NCBI GenBank assembly: GCA_965246715.1
Contig: CBDFFH010000041.1
Coordinates: forward strand, 72,642 to 136,641
DNA from: Chamaesiphon sp.
GTDB taxonomy: Bacteria > Cyanobacteriota > Cyanobacteriia > Cyanobacteriales > Chamaesiphonaceae
Length of the DNA stretch: 64,000 nucleotides
Direction: 5' to 3'
The notes beneath the pieces were generated by a model, which was not told the DNA's origin, made no database searches, and saw nothing but the letters and a program-made list of their open reading frames with translations. A program made the position numbers and the translations under genes. Positions 62,359 to 64,000 of the stretch are shown here, one piece after another; position 1 is the first letter of the stretch, and the number at the start of each line of letters is the position of its first letter.

Positions 62359-62690
62359 TCAATCACAATAAAAATATTGGATACTTGTATCTGGAGCTTG
62401 GCACGAACCAACTGTAAAGGCAAGAAATAACATTAGTACAGCTAAGAAAACAGAAGTTTTAAAATAGCCAGTTAGATTAGAATTTTTCAGTGTTTCTTCA
62501 GTATTTATTAAATTATTGCTAAAAAATATAGCTAGCTTCCAACCTGAATACTGCATTAAAGGCAGCCAAAAAATACATGTAAAAACCAAAGTAATATCAA
62601 TAGCATAATTATTGAACAGTTTACAGTTTAAAAATACAGATGATCCTATCGCTAGCAACTTAAAAAAATGTGCTATTGGGGCATTTCATC
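62359..62690 (-). CDS. AT-rich hypothetical membrane protein, possibly frameshifted near its start
   Basis: Hydrophobic ORF; upstream ATG joins it only if one base is removed from the A7 run at 62662-62668. Confidence 0.4.
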
Positions 62691-62718
62691 AATTAGCGAT
62701 CGAGGCTTCGATCGATAG

Positions 62719-63258
62719 TCATCTAAACAAAATATCTAGTTCGATCGATAAATCTGGAAAGAGATCGTCGGTAATTATGCCTGTGCCGATATAGGTAACG
62801 GGCGCACGATCGAGATAAAATACCGTTACACTTTTAGCCGACGGATCTATTACCCATACTCGTAAAACACCGCCGATTAAATAATTACTAGCTTTTTGGG
62901 TCAATTGTCCGAAAGTTTGTCCGGGTGAGATGATCTCGATCGCTAATTCAGGCACAACGGGACAAGCTATATTCTCATTCCAACTTTCAGGCAATCGATC
63001 GAAGGAAACATAGATTAAGTCCGGTACTGGTGTGTAGTCATCACTCAGATCGAAAGCCCACTCTATTTCGGCACGACCCCGATCTTTAGCCCACTCCCCT
63101 AAAATGTTTAGGATGCGACGGGTCGATCGAGCATGAAAATATTTAGGAGACATTTTGGGGACTGCGATGCCATCAACTAATTCATAGGTACGATCGGCAG
63201 CATCTGCTAGTCGCCAAAATTCTGCCTTGGTGAGTTTTGTTGTTGAGCTGTTGACCAT
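62719..63258 (-). CDS. Uma2 family endonuclease
   Basis: YELVDG, VPDLIYV, PELAIEIISP, VWVIDP. Confidence 0.92.
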   Translation of the reverse strand: MVNSSTTKLTKAEFWRLADAADRTYELVDGIAVPKMSPKYFHARSTRRILNILGEWAKDRGRAEIEWAFDLSDDYTPVPDLIYVSFDRLPESWNENIACPVVPELAIEIISPGQTFGQLTQKASNYLIGGVLRVWVIDPSAKSVTVFYLDRAPVTYIGTGIITDDLFPDLSIELDILFR

Positions 63259-63342
63259 ATCAATCGAGATACACTACTTAATTAATGCTTAATTTAACAT
63301 TCGATCGACATCGGTAGCGATCGCTAGCTACTCACCACTAAT

Positions 63343-63999
63343 CTATAACGGTCGATAAGTCCGGTAATTAATACTGGGGAAAATATTATCCATCGTTTCG
63401 ATTTTTTCGAGCCAGCCGCTATCGACTTTCCCTTCTTTCAGTTCCTCATAGAGTTTGTGGAAACGTACGAGGTGCGATCGAGTGCGGCGAATGGCGTATG
63501 GTACCATCGTGCCCGTCCGCATGATAAATGCCCAATCGGAAGATTGCGCGAGTAATAATTCCCTTGCGGCTTGATTGAGCGCGCGCCACTGTAATTCATC
63601 TGCTGGTTCCATCCGCGCTAATTCGATCATCCGTTCGGCTGCTTTATGCAGGTGAGGATAGACCCAAGCATTGGTTTCATTCAACCAGTATTCATGGAAA
63701 CCTTTGTAGCCCCAACTGGACTGGGACGGACGACAGACTTGTTGCGTCGGCTCGGCGCGGAGATAGTCTGCCAAGTGAGTCATCTGATAGGTATTTTGAT
63801 CGTGCCACGACTTGCGGAAGAAGAAGTCGATAAACCACGGGCCTTCATACCACCAATGTCCGAATAATTCGGCATCATAGGGCGATACGACTAATGGGGG
63901 TCGGTGCATCATCCCCGCGAGATTTCCGACCTGTTGCTGGCGATTGTACATGAAATTGGTGGCATGATCTGCCGCCTTTTCCTTTGCCCAGTAGGGATC
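63343..63999 (-). CDS. GH57 (DUF1957) branching-enzyme-type protein, 5' end outside the window
   Basis: PYDAELFGHWWYEG, ARELLLAQSSDWAFI. Confidence 0.92.
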   Translation of the reverse strand, partial: DPYWAKEKAADHATNFMYNRQQQVGNLAGMMHRPPLVVSPYDAELFGHWWYEGPWFIDFFFRKSWHDQNTYQMTHLADYLRAEPTQQVCRPSQSSWGYKGFHEYWLNETNAWVYPHLHKAAERMIELARMEPADELQWRALNQAARELLLAQSSDWAFIMRTGTMVPYAIRRTRSHLVRFHKLYEELKEGKVDSGWLEKIETMDNIFPSINYRTYRPL

Positions 64000-64000
64000 G

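Noticed and set aside
62719..63258. Uma2 gene as a defence island
   Set aside because: Uma2 genes are numerous and scattered in cyanobacteria; no partner genes here
1..64000. CRISPR array, tRNA or rRNA
   Set aside because: No regularly spaced repeat-spacer units, cas genes, cloverleafs or rRNA-like tracts seen; tandem repeats are heptamers or intragenic

Overview
A 64-kb chromosomal window from a cyanobacterium. Dense HIP1 GCGATCGC plus very frequent TCGATCGA/CGATCG, petL, ycf46/ycf35 and the repeat families suggest a Chamaesiphon-like organism (inference). Most of it is housekeeping or signalling: tocopherol synthesis, avtA, cobO, trpD, argF, ftsW, aroB, pyrR, hemJ, menG, rpoZ, hisF, kinases and two-component proteins. 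I found no rRNA, tRNA or CRISPR array. Main observations: (1) An IS110 (IS621-like) remnant at 15.72-16.04 kb keeps an apparently complete bridge-RNA region. Its target guides (ATTGCCCCT, GTAG) spell the GTAG-REP palindrome it is inserted into, its donor guides match its own end, and an empty perfect target lies at 57.07 kb. (2) An apparent ~12.3-kb inversion (about 2.38-14.62 kb) splits an ABC exporter gene and a HEAT-repeat gene into reciprocally oriented halves, with an ISL3-type MITE at one breakpoint. (3) A Pho-box promoter lies upstream of a 1383-aa RTX-type surface protein with lamin-tail, Calx-beta and YjiK-like domains. (4) IS982-type MITEs with 6-bp target duplications, and tiny dispersed repeats, one of them inserted in frame in a chloride channel gene. 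(5) A small secreted cationic Cys-repeat peptide and a solo EAD9-like protein. Family assignments come from recalled motifs; no searches were run.
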